Counted from the stretch's first letter, positions 29,510-40,367 are shown. The stretch: 59,121 bases of DNA from Euryarchaeota archaeon UBA346 (GCA_002496355.1 DAJP01000050.1:1810-60930); one strand, 5' to 3'. Translations and numbers: made by a program. Notes: a model not told the origin generated them from the sequence alone.

Positions 29510-32500
29510 ATGAGCATGTTAGACAAGCTGGGACGAATCATAGAAAAAAAACCATGGCTCGTTGTGGGAATCATCCTGATAATAACCATCGGTTTTTCCT
29601 TATTCATTCCCTCGCTGAAGTTTAACACAAATTTTGAAGATTTTGCCCCGGACAGTGAGGAGGTAAAGGCCAACGAACGCATCGCTGATTATTTTGACAT
29701 GAGCTCACAATCCATCATCCTGTACATACAAAAAGAACAAGCAGACAGCATCATCGACATCCAGGCAATCCGGGATCAATACAAGTTGGAGAAAGAACTC
29801 ATCGCGATGCCAGAGATTAGAGGTATGGTTTCCATTTTTACGTTCCTTGACCCAGTATGCCAGATGGAGTTTAACAGCACCGTTGAGAACTGCAGCGATG
29901 AACAGCTGACGACCGCGCTGAATGATCTTCTCAATGAACCAGCGTCTGGGAATATGACCATCTTTCCAACCGACGATCCTAACGAACCAATCGATTATCA
30001 GCGATCATTCCTCCGCTCTAGTGGAAAAGCAGTGGACAGTGCTGATATCAAAAACTGCTACATAGTAAAAGACAACAAAACACTCACGTTTTCCTTCGAA
30101 GTCTACTCTCTCTCCGATTTTTCTTCAAAAATAAAACCACCGTTCTCAAAAGTCAGTACCATGGAATGGTACCTTGAATTCAAAAACTCCTTGCTCCCTG
30201 TTGAATACGACATCGGCTATCAGATTGCTGCACGCATTGAACCAGCAGTCCCACGCTGGGAGATAGGAAACGGGATTCTAAGTAATATCAAACAGTTTAT
30301 ACAAACAATCAGGAACCACGGACTGACCACATATAAAACCACCGCATATCTCTGGCTCCGCCCACCGGGGCAGGAGATGTTTTTCCCGTTACCACTGAAG
30401 ACAGGAAACGTGACCTTTGATGCGCAATCAAATCTGATACATGTCATTGTCTCTCGTAAAGAACTCAGCGGGTACGGTATCGCACTCCAATTTGGATCGT
30501 TTGAGCTTCCCACAAAACTGACGAATTTCTCTGCAGGAGTACGCTATTTTCAATCCCCTGTACTCCATCGACCTGGTGGACGTATCGCCATTAATACAAG
30601 TTATTTGTTCGAACATCTCCAGCGCCTCCAATCCCGACCCATCCTGGGTAAGCTTCTCTCACGAACTCTCCAGAGATTCGATATCAATTTAGATGATCTC
30701 TCAGGGTTTTCCGAGGATATGAACCAGAATGAATTTCTTTCATCCACCTATACGTTAGCAGCCTTCCAAACACTATGGGTTCAAGCGGATCGAGCACCAG
30801 ATAATGGAGTTTCCTCGACCATCTATCCTTTGATCCCGCAACTGTTCACTGAGTTACGAGTCAACGCTTTATCATTCATCTCCACCGAGTACGCACAGAC
30901 AAAAACACCACATGCAAGTCTCTGTATCGTCCAATTGAACCTACAGAGTGGTGATTCTGAGGAACTGGCAAACGTAAACCGCGACATTATCGATAAAATC
31001 AACACGCTTGATACGACATTTACCAGCATCTCTATCAAGGCAACCGGTGAAGGCATCGTCAGCACCGAAATCAGTGATGTCGCTATGGATGCGATGATGA
31101 TCATCGGGCCAGCTATTTTTATCATCATTCTCTCCATCTTGTTTCTCGCTTTTCGAAAACCATCTTATTTCCTCCTCCCCATCATCGTTTTTGTTTTTTC
31201 CTGCATCTGGCTCTTTGGTACGATGGCTCTGCTAGGGGTCTCCTTTAACATCATCGCAGTCGCTCTCCTTCCCCTCAATATCGGTTTAGGGGTTGAGTAC
31301 TCCGTGAACCTCTTGTTCAACTATCGAACAGAGATAAACAGAGGACGAACACCAGCTGAGGCGATCCGACTATCTGTAAAAGAAGTCGGTATCGCGATTT
31401 TTTTAGCTTGGTTTACAACATTCGTCGCGTTTCTCTCCTTCCTCAGCGCGACGCTCCCACCCATAAGAGATTTTGGTGTTTTTCTTGCGATCGGTATTAC
31501 CTATACCTTCATCATCACCTTAACCCTCCTGGTAGCCCTCCGTTACATCATCGATAGGAAAAAACCAGCGATGCAGATGGCATCCAAGTCACAAATTTCT
31601 ACAATCACGGTCGTCATGAGTCGGGTCGCACGCGCTCTCCTCCACCACGAGAAAAAAGTGTTCCTCATCACCATCCTCATCTGTCTGATCATGGGGACTG
31701 CTGTCTCTCAATTGAAATCCGGGTTTAGCATGAACCAGTTCATCCCACAGGACAATCCTGCGCTTCAGCTCTTCTCCCAGATCGGTAAGGACTTCCCCTT
31801 TTCTAGTCAAGACCAGGAATATATCCTTATCGAAGGAAAGGTAGCAAGTGTCCAAACACTGCAAGGTCTTCAGTCCACACATGAAAAGATGGATGACGAT
31901 CGTTATGTCGCTCGAAGACCAGATGGGAGCACAAAAACAGAAAGCATTTATACGATTATTCAGCAAGTGGTGGCAAATAACAATTCCCTTGTCGAGCTGT
32001 TCCATGTCGATCAAACAACAGGTTTACCAGGGAGCGATGCTGACGTCAAATGCGCGTATGATTATTTGCTTGGCAGCTCAGAATATGAAATGCAGGTCTC
32101 CCAGCTGCTTCATAAGCAGGGAGATGAGTATACGGCTACGATTCTTCGTGTCTATGTCGATCTTGGTTCCAGCAGCGATGACATGACACAGCAGTTCGAG
32201 CAATTAAAACAGGAGTTAAATGATGACCTCTCTGATTATGGGGAGACGACGTCTATTATCACTGGTCAACTGCTGATCACGCTTTCGATTTTGAAGAACA
32301 TGACGGAAAGCCAGATTCTGTCCACCGTGATTTGTTTTGTGCTCGCAGCAATCATGCTTTCCCTGATTTATCGGAATCCAGTGCTTGGATTGATCGCGAT
32401 GATTCCAGTCACTGTTTCTATCGTGTGGGTCCTGGGAACTATGTATTTCATCGGGTATACCTTGAACATTTTGACGATTACCGTCACCTGCATCACGATC

Positions 32501-32872
32501 GGGGTTGGTATTGATTATGCCTGTTATATCACGGAACGGTTCCGTTTGGTCGTTGACCAAACCGGTGATGTGACAAAAGCGGTTATTGAAACGGTCTCAC
32601 GGACGGGGAGTGCTGTCCTCATCGCTGCGCTCTCCTCCATTTTTGGATTTGGTGTGCTTGCCTTCGCTCCTATCCCCCCTGAGCAGCAATTTGGGATCAT
32701 CACCGCAATTACCCTAGTCTATGCGTTTATCACCTCTATTTTGGTGCTCCCCTTGGTGCTAGCCCGATGGGCGAATTGGAGGAAAAAACGAAAAGGATAT
32801 ATCATCAGACCTGGACCCCCGAAACAATTAGATGGTATCAAAACTGATTTTGAGTATAAGGGAGAACAATAA
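29510..32872 (+). CDS. MMPL/RND-family transporter with enlarged first extracytoplasmic domain
   Basis: Two TM bundles, GLGVEY and GVGIDY motifs, 1120 aa. Confidence 0.9.
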   Translation: MSMLDKLGRIIEKKPWLVVGIILIITIGFSLFIPSLKFNTNFEDFAPDSEEVKANERIADYFDMSSQSIILYIQKEQADSIIDIQAIRDQYKLEKELIAMPEIRGMVSIFTFLDPVCQMEFNSTVENCSDEQLTTALNDLLNEPASGNMTIFPTDDPNEPIDYQRSFLRSSGKAVDSADIKNCYIVKDNKTLTFSFEVYSLSDFSSKIKPPFSKVSTMEWYLEFKNSLLPVEYDIGYQIAARIEPAVPRWEIGNGILSNIKQFIQTIRNHGLTTYKTTAYLWLRPPGQEMFFPLPLKTGNVTFDAQSNLIHVIVSRKELSGYGIALQFGSFELPTKLTNFSAGVRYFQSPVLHRPGGRIAINTSYLFEHLQRLQSRPILGKLLSRTLQRFDINLDDLSGFSEDMNQNEFLSSTYTLAAFQTLWVQADRAPDNGVSSTIYPLIPQLFTELRVNALSFISTEYAQTKTPHASLCIVQLNLQSGDSEELANVNRDIIDKINTLDTTFTSISIKATGEGIVSTEISDVAMDAMMIIGPAIFIIILSILFLAFRKPSYFLLPIIVFVFSCIWLFGTMALLGVSFNIIAVALLPLNIGLGVEYSVNLLFNYRTEINRGRTPAEAIRLSVKEVGIAIFLAWFTTFVAFLSFLSATLPPIRDFGVFLAIGITYTFIITLTLLVALRYIIDRKKPAMQMASKSQISTITVVMSRVARALLHHEKKVFLITILICLIMGTAVSQLKSGFSMNQFIPQDNPALQLFSQIGKDFPFSSQDQEYILIEGKVASVQTLQGLQSTHEKMDDDRYVARRPDGSTKTESIYTIIQQVVANNNSLVELFHVDQTTGLPGSDADVKCAYDYLLGSSEYEMQVSQLLHKQGDEYTATILRVYVDLGSSSDDMTQQFEQLKQELNDDLSDYGETTSIITGQLLITLSILKNMTESQILSTVICFVLAAIMLSLIYRNPVLGLIAMIPVTVSIVWVLGTMYFIGYTLNILTITVTCITIGVGIDYACYITERFRLVVDQTGDVTKAVIETVSRTGSAVLIAALSSIFGFGVLAFAPIPPEQQFGIITAITLVYAFITSILVLPLVLARWANWRKKRKGYIIRPGPPKQLDGIKTDFEYKGEQ

Positions 32873-32951
32873 AGTATCTATAGTTATATATGATTGAGCA
32901 AATACAGACTGATACTACAGTTGCAGATTAAAAAGATGGAGAGAAGTTATT

Positions 32952-33530
32952 ATGGTAGAACCTGGGTCAGAAAATGATGAAAAGGTCTGGAAAAAATTCT
33001 TACGAAAACATTGGACAATTGTAATCGTCTTAATCGTAGGAGCAATCATGGTGGTCGCTGGGGCTCTCTACGTCTTCCTCTGGTTTGTCAAGGATGCCCA
33101 AACGACAGGTCTGGTACCGGTCACACTAGGACTATGGGCTATGAATCATCTTTTGTGGTTCCTTATCTATCTGATTCTTTGGGAGATACTCCTCGTCGGC
33201 ATTCCGGTTATCATCGCGGTTGCACTCGTGTATTTCTTGTGGTGGAAACGGTTACCATCTGAAGAAAAGGAAGACTATAGAGGTCATCATCTGTTCGGTA
33301 AACGCTCACGACGCTCGGACGGGGGTAATGCGTTTTCATTCTTGATCTTCATCGGTTTCGTTATCAAAATCTATGTGGATGGAAACTGGAATAAACCATT
33401 CGAGACATGGACATTCAATTATCTTACGTCTTCCTTAGTTTGGGTACTGATTTGGCTCCTCATTATTTTCGGGATTCCCATGGCCATCGGAGGCAGCTTG
33501 TGGCTTCGCCATGAGATGAAAAAGAAATAA
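32952..33530 (+). CDS. Hypothetical membrane protein (4 TM, Trp-rich)
   Basis: 192-aa hydrophobic ORF with SD GGAG. Confidence 0.7.
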   Translation: MVEPGSENDEKVWKKFLRKHWTIVIVLIVGAIMVVAGALYVFLWFVKDAQTTGLVPVTLGLWAMNHLLWFLIYLILWEILLVGIPVIIAVALVYFLWWKRLPSEEKEDYRGHHLFGKRSRRSDGGNAFSFLIFIGFVIKIYVDGNWNKPFETWTFNYLTSSLVWVLIWLLIIFGIPMAIGGSLWLRHEMKKK

Positions 33531-33738
33531 TAAATCAGTTTTGTCAGTTGTTTCGCACAAAAACATTAGTAATTATCTATAGAGCTTGAAAATAAGGTCC
33601 GTAGGCGTGGGTAAAGGTATGGATTTTTTCTAAACAACAGGAGTAATCAATTATCGGTTGTATAGATGAAATTTCAGGAAAATACTTATAGGAAATAATG
33701 ATACCAGTCAAAGAAAACACCTTGGGGGTTACATAAGT

Positions 33739-34725
33739 ATGGCACAAGAACGTATGAAAAAAATTTTAGTAACCGGCGCTGTCGGGCAGATTGGTTCAGA
33801 GCTTACGATGCTGCTTCGGAAGAAATTTGGAAACGACAATGTGCTTGCGACTGGTCGAAAAACCAAACCGAGTGGCATACTTCTCAACTCTGGTCCTTTT
33901 GAATACATTGATATCGGTAAAAGAGAAACCATTGAGAAAGTCGTCAACGAGTATGATATCGACACTATCTATAACATGGCTGCGATTCTTTCAGCGGTTG
34001 GCGAAGAAAAACCTTTACTTGCCTGGGATGTCAATATCAATGGGTTGTATAATTGTTTAGAGGTTGCTCGGGAACATAGTATGGTGCGTGTGTTTGTCCC
34101 CAGCTCCATAGCCGTCTTTGGCCCAGAAACGCCTCGAGATAACACGCCTCAGGAGACAGTCCTACGGCCAAAAACGATGTATGGGGTCACGAAGGTCGCT
34201 GGGGAACTGCTTGGTGATTATTACGTCAAACGATTCAATCTTGATGTCCGCGGGATCCGATATCCAGGTATCATCAGCAGTGAGACATTACCCGGTGGTG
34301 GGACCACGGATTATGCTGTTGAGATATTCTATAAAGCTATCCAGGAGAAGAAATACACCTGTTTCTTACGAGCAGATACCACACTTCCGATGATGTATAT
34401 GCCTGATTGTCTGAAGGGAACCCTTGATTTGATGGATGCTGATGTGACCAAATTGAAGCATCACTGTGATTTCAATTTTGCTTCTATGAGTTTTTCTGCT
34501 GAGGAGCTCGCCAATGAGATTAAGCAGCATATCCCTGAGTTCGCCTGCGATTATAAACCTGATTTCCGGCAGGCGATCGCGGATTCCTGGCCTCGCTCCA
34601 TTGATGATAGTGCATCGCGGAAAGAATGGGGCTGGAAACCGAAATATAAGCTTTCCGATATGACAAAGGATATGTTAAAGAAGCTCAGTAAACGATTTGA
34701 AGAGGGCAACCTCCTCGTTTCGTAA
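33739..34725 (+). CDS. SDR-type L-threonine 3-dehydrogenase (NAD-dependent epimerase fold)
   Basis: TGAVGQIG, PSSIAVFG, YGVTK, GGGTTDY, RQAIADSWP. Confidence 0.88.
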   Translation: MAQERMKKILVTGAVGQIGSELTMLLRKKFGNDNVLATGRKTKPSGILLNSGPFEYIDIGKRETIEKVVNEYDIDTIYNMAAILSAVGEEKPLLAWDVNINGLYNCLEVAREHSMVRVFVPSSIAVFGPETPRDNTPQETVLRPKTMYGVTKVAGELLGDYYVKRFNLDVRGIRYPGIISSETLPGGGTTDYAVEIFYKAIQEKKYTCFLRADTTLPMMYMPDCLKGTLDLMDADVTKLKHHCDFNFASMSFSAEELANEIKQHIPEFACDYKPDFRQAIADSWPRSIDDSASRKEWGWKPKYKLSDMTKDMLKKLSKRFEEGNLLVS

Positions 34726-34758
34726 TTTTTTCTTTTCTTTTTTATATTTTTTTTCTCC
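34726..34758 (+). terminator. Oligo-T archaeal terminator
   Basis: Long T-rich tract immediately after the stop codon. Confidence 0.55.
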
Positions 34759-34845
34759 GTAGAAAGTTTTATGTGCTAACCGATATTTCCATGTGTATCG
34801 TGAGGTGAACCACTCTTGTCACAATATGAGGAAGTTGGAGTAAAT

Positions 34846-35922
34846 ATGAGAGGAAATATTGATTCTATTCGAGGGTATTTAGGTGCTGATGCCGATTATC
34901 TGCTGAAACACACCTGCATGAAAATCAAAAAGGATTCATTGCATCTCCCGGGACCGGATTATCTTGATCAGACGTTTCTTGATACGGACCGGTCGACCCC
35001 GGTGATTCGTAACTTGCAGTCCTTGTTTTCTCATGGTCGGTTAGGGGGGACTGGGTATCTGTCCATCTTGCCGGTCGACCAGGGGATTGAGCATTCTGCT
35101 GCCGCGTCTTTTGCGCCGAACCCCCTGTATTTTGACCCAGAAAATATCGTGAAACTCGCCATTGAGGGCGGATGTAACGGTGTGGCTTCTACGCTTGGTG
35201 TCCTGGGCGCAGTCGCCCGGAAGTATGCTCATAAGATTCCATTCATTGTCAAGATAAATCATAATGAGCTGCTCACGTATCCGAATAAGTTTGATCAGAT
35301 CATGTTCGCTGGTGTTGAGCAAGCTTGGGAGATGGGTGCTGCCGCGGTCGGGTGCACCATTTATTTTGGTTCTGATGAATCCACACGTCAAATCCAGGAG
35401 GTCAGTCAAGCCTTCAAGTATGCCCATGAGCTGGGGCTGGCGACGATCCTGTGGTGTTACCTCCGGAATCCAGCGTTCAAAGTGGAAGGAAAGGATTACC
35501 ATGCTGCTGCGGATCTCACGGGGCAGGCGAATCATCTTGGAGTGACGATTGAGGCAGATATCATCAAACAGAAACTACCTGATGTGACCGGTGGATATCT
35601 GGCGTTGAATCGTGGTGGCGTGAAGTACGGGAAGATGGATGAGAAGGCGTATACAGAGCTTTCCTCCGATCATCCGATTGATCTGGCTCGGTATCAGGTC
35701 GCTCATTGTTACATGGGACGTATTGGTTTGATCAACTCGGGTGGAGCATCAGGAAAGGATGATTTCGGTCAGGCGGTCCGTACCGCGGTCATTAACAAAC
35801 GAGCGGGTGGTACGGGTCTTATCTCTGGGAGAAAAGCGTTCCAGAAACCATTCGAAGATGGCATAAGACTCCTGCATTCTATCCAGGATGTGTACCTGTG
35901 TAAGGATGTGACGGTCGCCTAA
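34846..35922 (+). CDS. fbaB: Class I fructose-bisphosphate aldolase, bacterial FbaB/DhnA type
   Basis: [33 protein letters not shown]. Alternative TTG start at 34816. Confidence 0.93.
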   Translation: MRGNIDSIRGYLGADADYLLKHTCMKIKKDSLHLPGPDYLDQTFLDTDRSTPVIRNLQSLFSHGRLGGTGYLSILPVDQGIEHSAAASFAPNPLYFDPENIVKLAIEGGCNGVASTLGVLGAVARKYAHKIPFIVKINHNELLTYPNKFDQIMFAGVEQAWEMGAAAVGCTIYFGSDESTRQIQEVSQAFKYAHELGLATILWCYLRNPAFKVEGKDYHAAADLTGQANHLGVTIEADIIKQKLPDVTGGYLALNRGGVKYGKMDEKAYTELSSDHPIDLARYQVAHCYMGRIGLINSGGASGKDDFGQAVRTAVINKRAGGTGLISGRKAFQKPFEDGIRLLHSIQDVYLCKDVTVA

Positions 35923-35934
35923 AGGAAAAAAATA

Positions 35935-35951
35935 TTTTTTTTTTTTTTTTT
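35935..35951 (+). terminator. T17 tract, probable terminator of fbaB
   Basis: 17 consecutive T between the convergent fbaB and trpY stops. Confidence 0.55.
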
Positions 35952-36450
35952 AATATATAAGGACTGCTTTTACCCCTTTGGCGTTTCTGATGGTTGTCAG
36001 GAGCGTTCCTGGTATTTGTTTTTCGGTGATGATGAAGACCCGTGGTTCTTCTGTGAATTCAAAGTCGTCGACGATGGCTTGTCTGATGCTGATGTTGTTG
36101 GAAGCGATGATGGTTGCGACTTCTGCAAGGATTCCTGGCATGCTAGGGTCGACCGGAATGATTTCGATGACGCCCCAGTGCATGTGTGGGGCGACGTCTT
36201 TCAGATGACAGGTCGGGGTAAGGTTTGAGAAGATTTTGAGAAGCTCAGGTTCTTTTTTGATGACGTCCCTTGTTGCGGTGACCGCTCGCCGGTCGACTTG
36301 GAATGCTCTTGCTATCTTTGAATCAGATAGTTCGATAAGGCCGCAGCGGAAGGAATTATTATGGATTTGAATGCCGTATTCCATCATTTTTTGTGCGATT
36401 TTTTTTCGTTGAGGGTACGCATTGAAGTAATGTTCAATTTGTTTCCACAT
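35950..36450 (-). CDS. trpY: TrpY-family ACT-domain transcriptional regulator
   Basis: Begins MWKQI..F..YP.R, has VDRR and ACT-domain PGILA...ISIRQ. Divergent from trpB2, with TRP boxes between. Confidence 0.82.
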   Translation of the reverse strand: MWKQIEHYFNAYPQRKKIAQKMMEYGIQIHNNSFRCGLIELSDSKIARAFQVDRRAVTATRDVIKKEPELLKIFSNLTPTCHLKDVAPHMHWGVIEIIPVDPSMPGILAEVATIIASNNISIRQAIVDDFEFTEEPRVFIITEKQIPGTLLTTIRNAKGVKAVLIY

Positions 36451-36540
36451 AGTACAGAATTGTACGTTTGTTGAGTATAAATACCCTTTGTCCTGGGTAT
36501 TTTTCATCCTATAATGTATAATACTATACATTGAGGTACA
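36451..36540. promoter_or_regulatory. TRP-box operator array (TGTACA-like hexamers at 4-bp spacing)
   Basis: AGTACA 36451, TGTACG 36461, TGTATA 36515, TATACA 36525, GGTACA 36535. Adjacent to TATA-like elements of both divergent genes. Confidence 0.72.
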
Positions 36541-36583
36541 ATTTTAGAAACATTAATAAAGGCACTATCCAATAATTAACCTC

Positions 36584-37912
36584 ATGAAACGAACAAAAAT
36601 CACACTTGATGAAAATGACATCCCCAAACAATGGTACAACATCCAAGCAGACCTCAAAACACCCCTAGATCCTCCCTTACACCCACAAACAAGACAACCC
36701 ATCACTCCAGACGACCTCAAAGCAATCTTCCCCTTTGGCCTCATCAAACAAGAGGCAAGCACCGACCGCCACATCCGAATACCTACCGAGGTCCGAGAGA
36801 TCTACCGCATATGGAGACCCAGCCCGCTCTACCGAGCCAGACGCCTCGAAGCAGCACTCAAAACCCCCGCAGAAATCTACTACAAATGGGAGGGAGGCAG
36901 CCCCGCGGGAAGCCATAAACCAAACTCCGCAGTCGCTCAAGCCTACTACAACAAACAAGAAGGAATCGAACGACTTGTCACCGAAACCGGAGCCGGACAA
37001 TGGGGCTCTGCCCTAGCATTTTCCACACAACTCTTCGGCCTCGCCTGCCGGGTATACATGGTCAAATGCAGCTACGACCAAAAACCATACCGACGGATCC
37101 TCATGCAAACCTGGGGTGCTGAAGTCTACCCCAGCCCCACCACACTGACCAATGCCGGACGAGAAATCCTCAAAAAAGACCCAGATACCACAGGAAGCCT
37201 CGGCATCTCCATCAGCGAAGCAGTCGAAGATGCAGCGACCCACGACAACACCAACTACGCACTCGGTTCCGTACTCAACCATGTTGTATTACATCAAACC
37301 GTCATCGGCCTCGAACTCAAAAAACAATTCGAATTACTAGAAAAATATCCAGACATCATCTGTGGATGTGTCGGTGGTGGAAGCAATTTTTCAGGAACAG
37401 CATTTCCCTTTATACGGGATAAGATTCAAGACAAAAAACCAGATCTGAAAGTCGTATCAGTCGAACCACTCGCCTGCCCCACCCTGACCAAAGGGGAATA
37501 CCGATACGACTACGGTGACACCGCTGGTCTAACACCTCTCTTAAAGATGTACACCCTCGGCCATGATTTTATCCCCTCTGCGATCCATGCTGGAGGACTC
37601 CGCTACCATGGAGACTCACCCCTGCTCTCAAAACTCACAAAAGACGGCTACATGGACGCCCTAGCCTATACACAACAAGAAATCTTCGAAGCAGCCATGC
37701 TCTTTACGCGGACCGAAGGACTCATCCCTGCACCAGAATCAGCACATGCCATCCGAGCAGCCATCGATTTCGCAAAGATAGCAAAAAAGAAAAACGAAAA
37801 GAAAATCATCGTCTTCACCAACAGCGGCCATGGCCATTTCGACCTTGGAGCATACGATGATTACCTGCATAAAAAAATCCCCAATGGGGAGTACCACAAA
37901 ATCAATCCCTAA
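36584..37912 (+). CDS. trpB2: Stand-alone tryptophan synthase beta-2 (TrpB2)
   Basis: GSHKPN (PLP lysine), [35 protein letters not shown]. Confidence 0.95.
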   Translation: MKRTKITLDENDIPKQWYNIQADLKTPLDPPLHPQTRQPITPDDLKAIFPFGLIKQEASTDRHIRIPTEVREIYRIWRPSPLYRARRLEAALKTPAEIYYKWEGGSPAGSHKPNSAVAQAYYNKQEGIERLVTETGAGQWGSALAFSTQLFGLACRVYMVKCSYDQKPYRRILMQTWGAEVYPSPTTLTNAGREILKKDPDTTGSLGISISEAVEDAATHDNTNYALGSVLNHVVLHQTVIGLELKKQFELLEKYPDIICGCVGGGSNFSGTAFPFIRDKIQDKKPDLKVVSVEPLACPTLTKGEYRYDYGDTAGLTPLLKMYTLGHDFIPSAIHAGGLRYHGDSPLLSKLTKDGYMDALAYTQQEIFEAAMLFTRTEGLIPAPESAHAIRAAIDFAKIAKKKNEKKIIVFTNSGHGHFDLGAYDDYLHKKIPNGEYHKINP

Positions 37913-37928
37913 GCATCCAGAACTCCCC

Positions 37929-37950
37929 TCTTTTTTCCTTTTTTTTTTTC
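37929..37950 (+). terminator. Oligo-T terminator after trpB2
   Basis: TTTTTTCCTTTTTTTTTTT tract downstream of the stop. Confidence 0.55.
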
Positions 37951-38060
37951 CTAAATTTATTCCTACCAACTAATGTCACACAACAATATCTTTATCTACC
38001 ACCATACCACTTAATAAAGGGTATTTGATATCCCCCTTTGACCTAAATGGGGTAGGGCCT

Positions 38061-39062
38061 ATGAAGGAATTAGACATCACCACATTGCGACACGGAACCG
38101 ACCTTGTAAAAAGAGGTTTTTCAAAAATGCAAAAAGGCGGGGTCATCATGGATGTCACCACCGTAGAACAAGCAAAAATCGCAGAGAAAAGTGGTGCCGT
38201 TGCAGTGATGGCTCTCGAACGAGTTCCTGCTGATATCCGTGCCCATGGTGGCGTCGCACGAATGGCAGATCCCACCATCATAAAGGAGATTCTTAACACC
38301 GTCAGCATCCCGGTCATGGCCAAAGCACGTATCGGCCATTTCGTCGAAGCACAAGCCCTCGAGGCACTCGGCGTCGATATGATTGATGAATCAGAAGTGC
38401 TTACTCCAGCAGATCCGTTTTACCATATCGATAAACGTTGTTTCACCATCCCGTTCGTCTGCGGTTGCCGCAACCTCGGCGAGGCGACACGACGCATCTG
38501 GGAAGGAGCAGCAATGATACGAACTAAAGGAGAAGCAGGGACTGGAAATATCATTGAGGCTGTTCGACATCAGCGCATGGTAACACGCATGATTAGCACT
38601 CTTAAAACAATGCCCACCGTAAAAATACAAAAAGTAGCTGATGCGTATTGTCAAAGTTATATTACCTCATATAAAACATTGACTGATCAAAACGTTGATG
38701 ATAAAACCATTGTGTTCAGCTCATCAACCTATGGGGTCTTGAAAAAGGAAGTCTATGACATCTTAAAAGAAATCAAGCAACTGCAGCGACTCCCTGTCGT
38801 CAATTTCGCGGCAGGCGGAGTAGCAACCCCTGCAGATGCAGCACTCATGATGCAGATTGGAAGCGATGGAGTCTTCGTTGGATCGGGTATCTTCAAATCA
38901 AAGAACCCCGAGAAAAGAGCAAAAGCTATCGTAGAGGCGGTCGCTCATTTCGATGAACCAGAGACGATTGCTGACGTCAGTAAAAACCTTGGGGATGCCA
39001 TGCTGGGAATCGAAATTAGCTCGATACCAAAAGATCAACTTCTACAGGAACGAGGCTGGTAG
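38061..39062 (+). CDS. pdxS: Pyridoxal 5'-phosphate synthase subunit PdxS
   Basis: [46 protein letters not shown]. Confidence 0.97.
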   Translation: MKELDITTLRHGTDLVKRGFSKMQKGGVIMDVTTVEQAKIAEKSGAVAVMALERVPADIRAHGGVARMADPTIIKEILNTVSIPVMAKARIGHFVEAQALEALGVDMIDESEVLTPADPFYHIDKRCFTIPFVCGCRNLGEATRRIWEGAAMIRTKGEAGTGNIIEAVRHQRMVTRMISTLKTMPTVKIQKVADAYCQSYITSYKTLTDQNVDDKTIVFSSSTYGVLKKEVYDILKEIKQLQRLPVVNFAAGGVATPADAALMMQIGSDGVFVGSGIFKSKNPEKRAKAIVEAVAHFDEPETIADVSKNLGDAMLGIEISSIPKDQLLQERGW

Positions 39063-39064
39063 AA

Positions 39065-39655
39065 ATAGTCACCATAGGGGTCTTATCACTTCAAGGAGCG
39101 GTATCTGAGCATCTCACCTCCATGAACCGTGTTTTTCAAGAAGATAAAAAAAAAGGGAAAGCTATCCTAGTGCGTCAATCAAAAGATATTGATTCCTGTG
39201 ATGCATTGATCATCCCCGGGGGAGAAAGCACCACTATCTCCCGTATTTTGGTCAACTCCGGGATGTATGATGTGATCCGCGAACGGATGAACAACCAGGA
39301 CATCGCCCTGATGGGAACCTGCGCGGGATGCGTCCTACTTGCCAAGGAACTCACCGATACAAAGGCGGATGTCAAACTCCTAGAAGCAATCGACATGCTG
39401 GTGGAGCGCAATGCTTTTGGTAGGCAAAAAGAATCATTTGAACAATCAGTCCAGATAAAAGGATTGACCAACTCCTATCATGCCGTGTTTATCCGAGCGC
39501 CGATTATAACAAAAACATGGGGGGATTGTGAGATACTTTCAAAAGCTGGAAAAGAAATAGTCATGGCCAGGCAGAAAAGCTACCTGGCGCTATCGTTTCA
39601 TCCTGAATTGACTGATGACCTCAGGATTCATCGATTTTTTTTAGAGATGCTATAG
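39065..39655 (+). CDS. pdxT: PLP synthase glutaminase subunit PdxT (non-canonical ATA start)
   Basis: Conserved IGVLSLQGAVSEH lies upstream of the first ATG. PGGESTT, GTCAG, FHPE. Confidence 0.93.
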   Translation: MVTIGVLSLQGAVSEHLTSMNRVFQEDKKKGKAILVRQSKDIDSCDALIIPGGESTTISRILVNSGMYDVIRERMNNQDIALMGTCAGCVLLAKELTDTKADVKLLEAIDMLVERNAFGRQKESFEQSVQIKGLTNSYHAVFIRAPIITKTWGDCEILSKAGKEIVMARQKSYLALSFHPELTDDLRIHRFFLEML

Positions 39656-39970
39656 CTATGCTTTCATGATAGCAAGCAGGAAGATGCCAAGAGCGATCAG
39701 CGCTCCAACAACAGCACCGATAACTGCGATGATCCCATTCACTATCGTCCCTGAAAAGTTCAACAGGTCTATTGGTGCACCCATGAAACCTAACAGGTTC
39801 GCGCCCCAAAGGAAGATGACTCCAACGATAAGGCCGATAATGATTAAAATCGCTCCAACTGCTCTGCTTTTACCAGAGCCGAAATAAGCGGTAAAAATTC
39901 CTGCGATTACACTTGCTATTGCAAACACCAGCGTCATCATGCTTAGAAAATATTGTACTAATCCTTCCAT
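39656..39970 (-). CDS. Small membrane protein (3 TM)
   Basis: 104-aa hydrophobic ORF with FGSGKSR loop, SD GGAG. Confidence 0.75.
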   Translation of the reverse strand: MEGLVQYFLSMMTLVFAIASVIAGIFTAYFGSGKSRAVGAILIIIGLIVGVIFLWGANLLGFMGAPIDLLNFSGTIVNGIIAVIGAVVGALIALGIFLLAIMKA

Positions 39971-39983
39971 TTTTTTTCACTCC

Positions 39984-40217
39984 TTAAAACTTCGTTCCCG
40001 TTAGCGTTTTTGTATCGATTACCCCTTCGATGGTTCTGATTTTGTTTACCACAATGTCTCCGAGGCTTTCGAAGTCATCCGCTTCTATTTTCGCGATGAG
40101 ATCGTATTCTCCAAATAACGGATGGAGTTCTATAATCTGTGGTACCTTTGAGAGTTTGTTGTAGACCTCATGTTCATGTGCGGGAGCGGCACTTATCAGG
40201 ACAAACCCAATTGCCAT
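39984..40217 (-). CDS. Stand-alone Lrp/AsnC ligand-binding (RAM) domain protein
   Basis: LFGEYDLIAKIE...IRTIEGVIDTKT, no HTH. Confidence 0.88.
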   Translation of the reverse strand: MAIGFVLISAAPAHEHEVYNKLSKVPQIIELHPLFGEYDLIAKIEADDFESLGDIVVNKIRTIEGVIDTKTLTGTKF

Positions 40218-40367
40218 AGATTTTACCTTCCTCGCTCACCGTTATAATGTCATTGGATATAAGTCTTACGTTATGTATTAATTCGCTTCTATCTTAAAAA
40301 AGGTGTTTTCCTTTTGCAGCATCTCGGTTGTTTTCAAGTGAGATTTGTTGAGCGGTATGTGTTCCTC

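Noticed and set aside
35935..35951. T17 homopolymer as a phase-variation tract
   Set aside because: It lies between convergent stop codons, so a terminator is the simpler explanation.
38600..38760. Roughly 35-40 aa insertion in PdxS relative to bacterial enzymes
   Set aside because: A similar insertion is known in some archaeal PdxS proteins (e.g. Thermococcales). It is too short for an intein and has no intein motifs.
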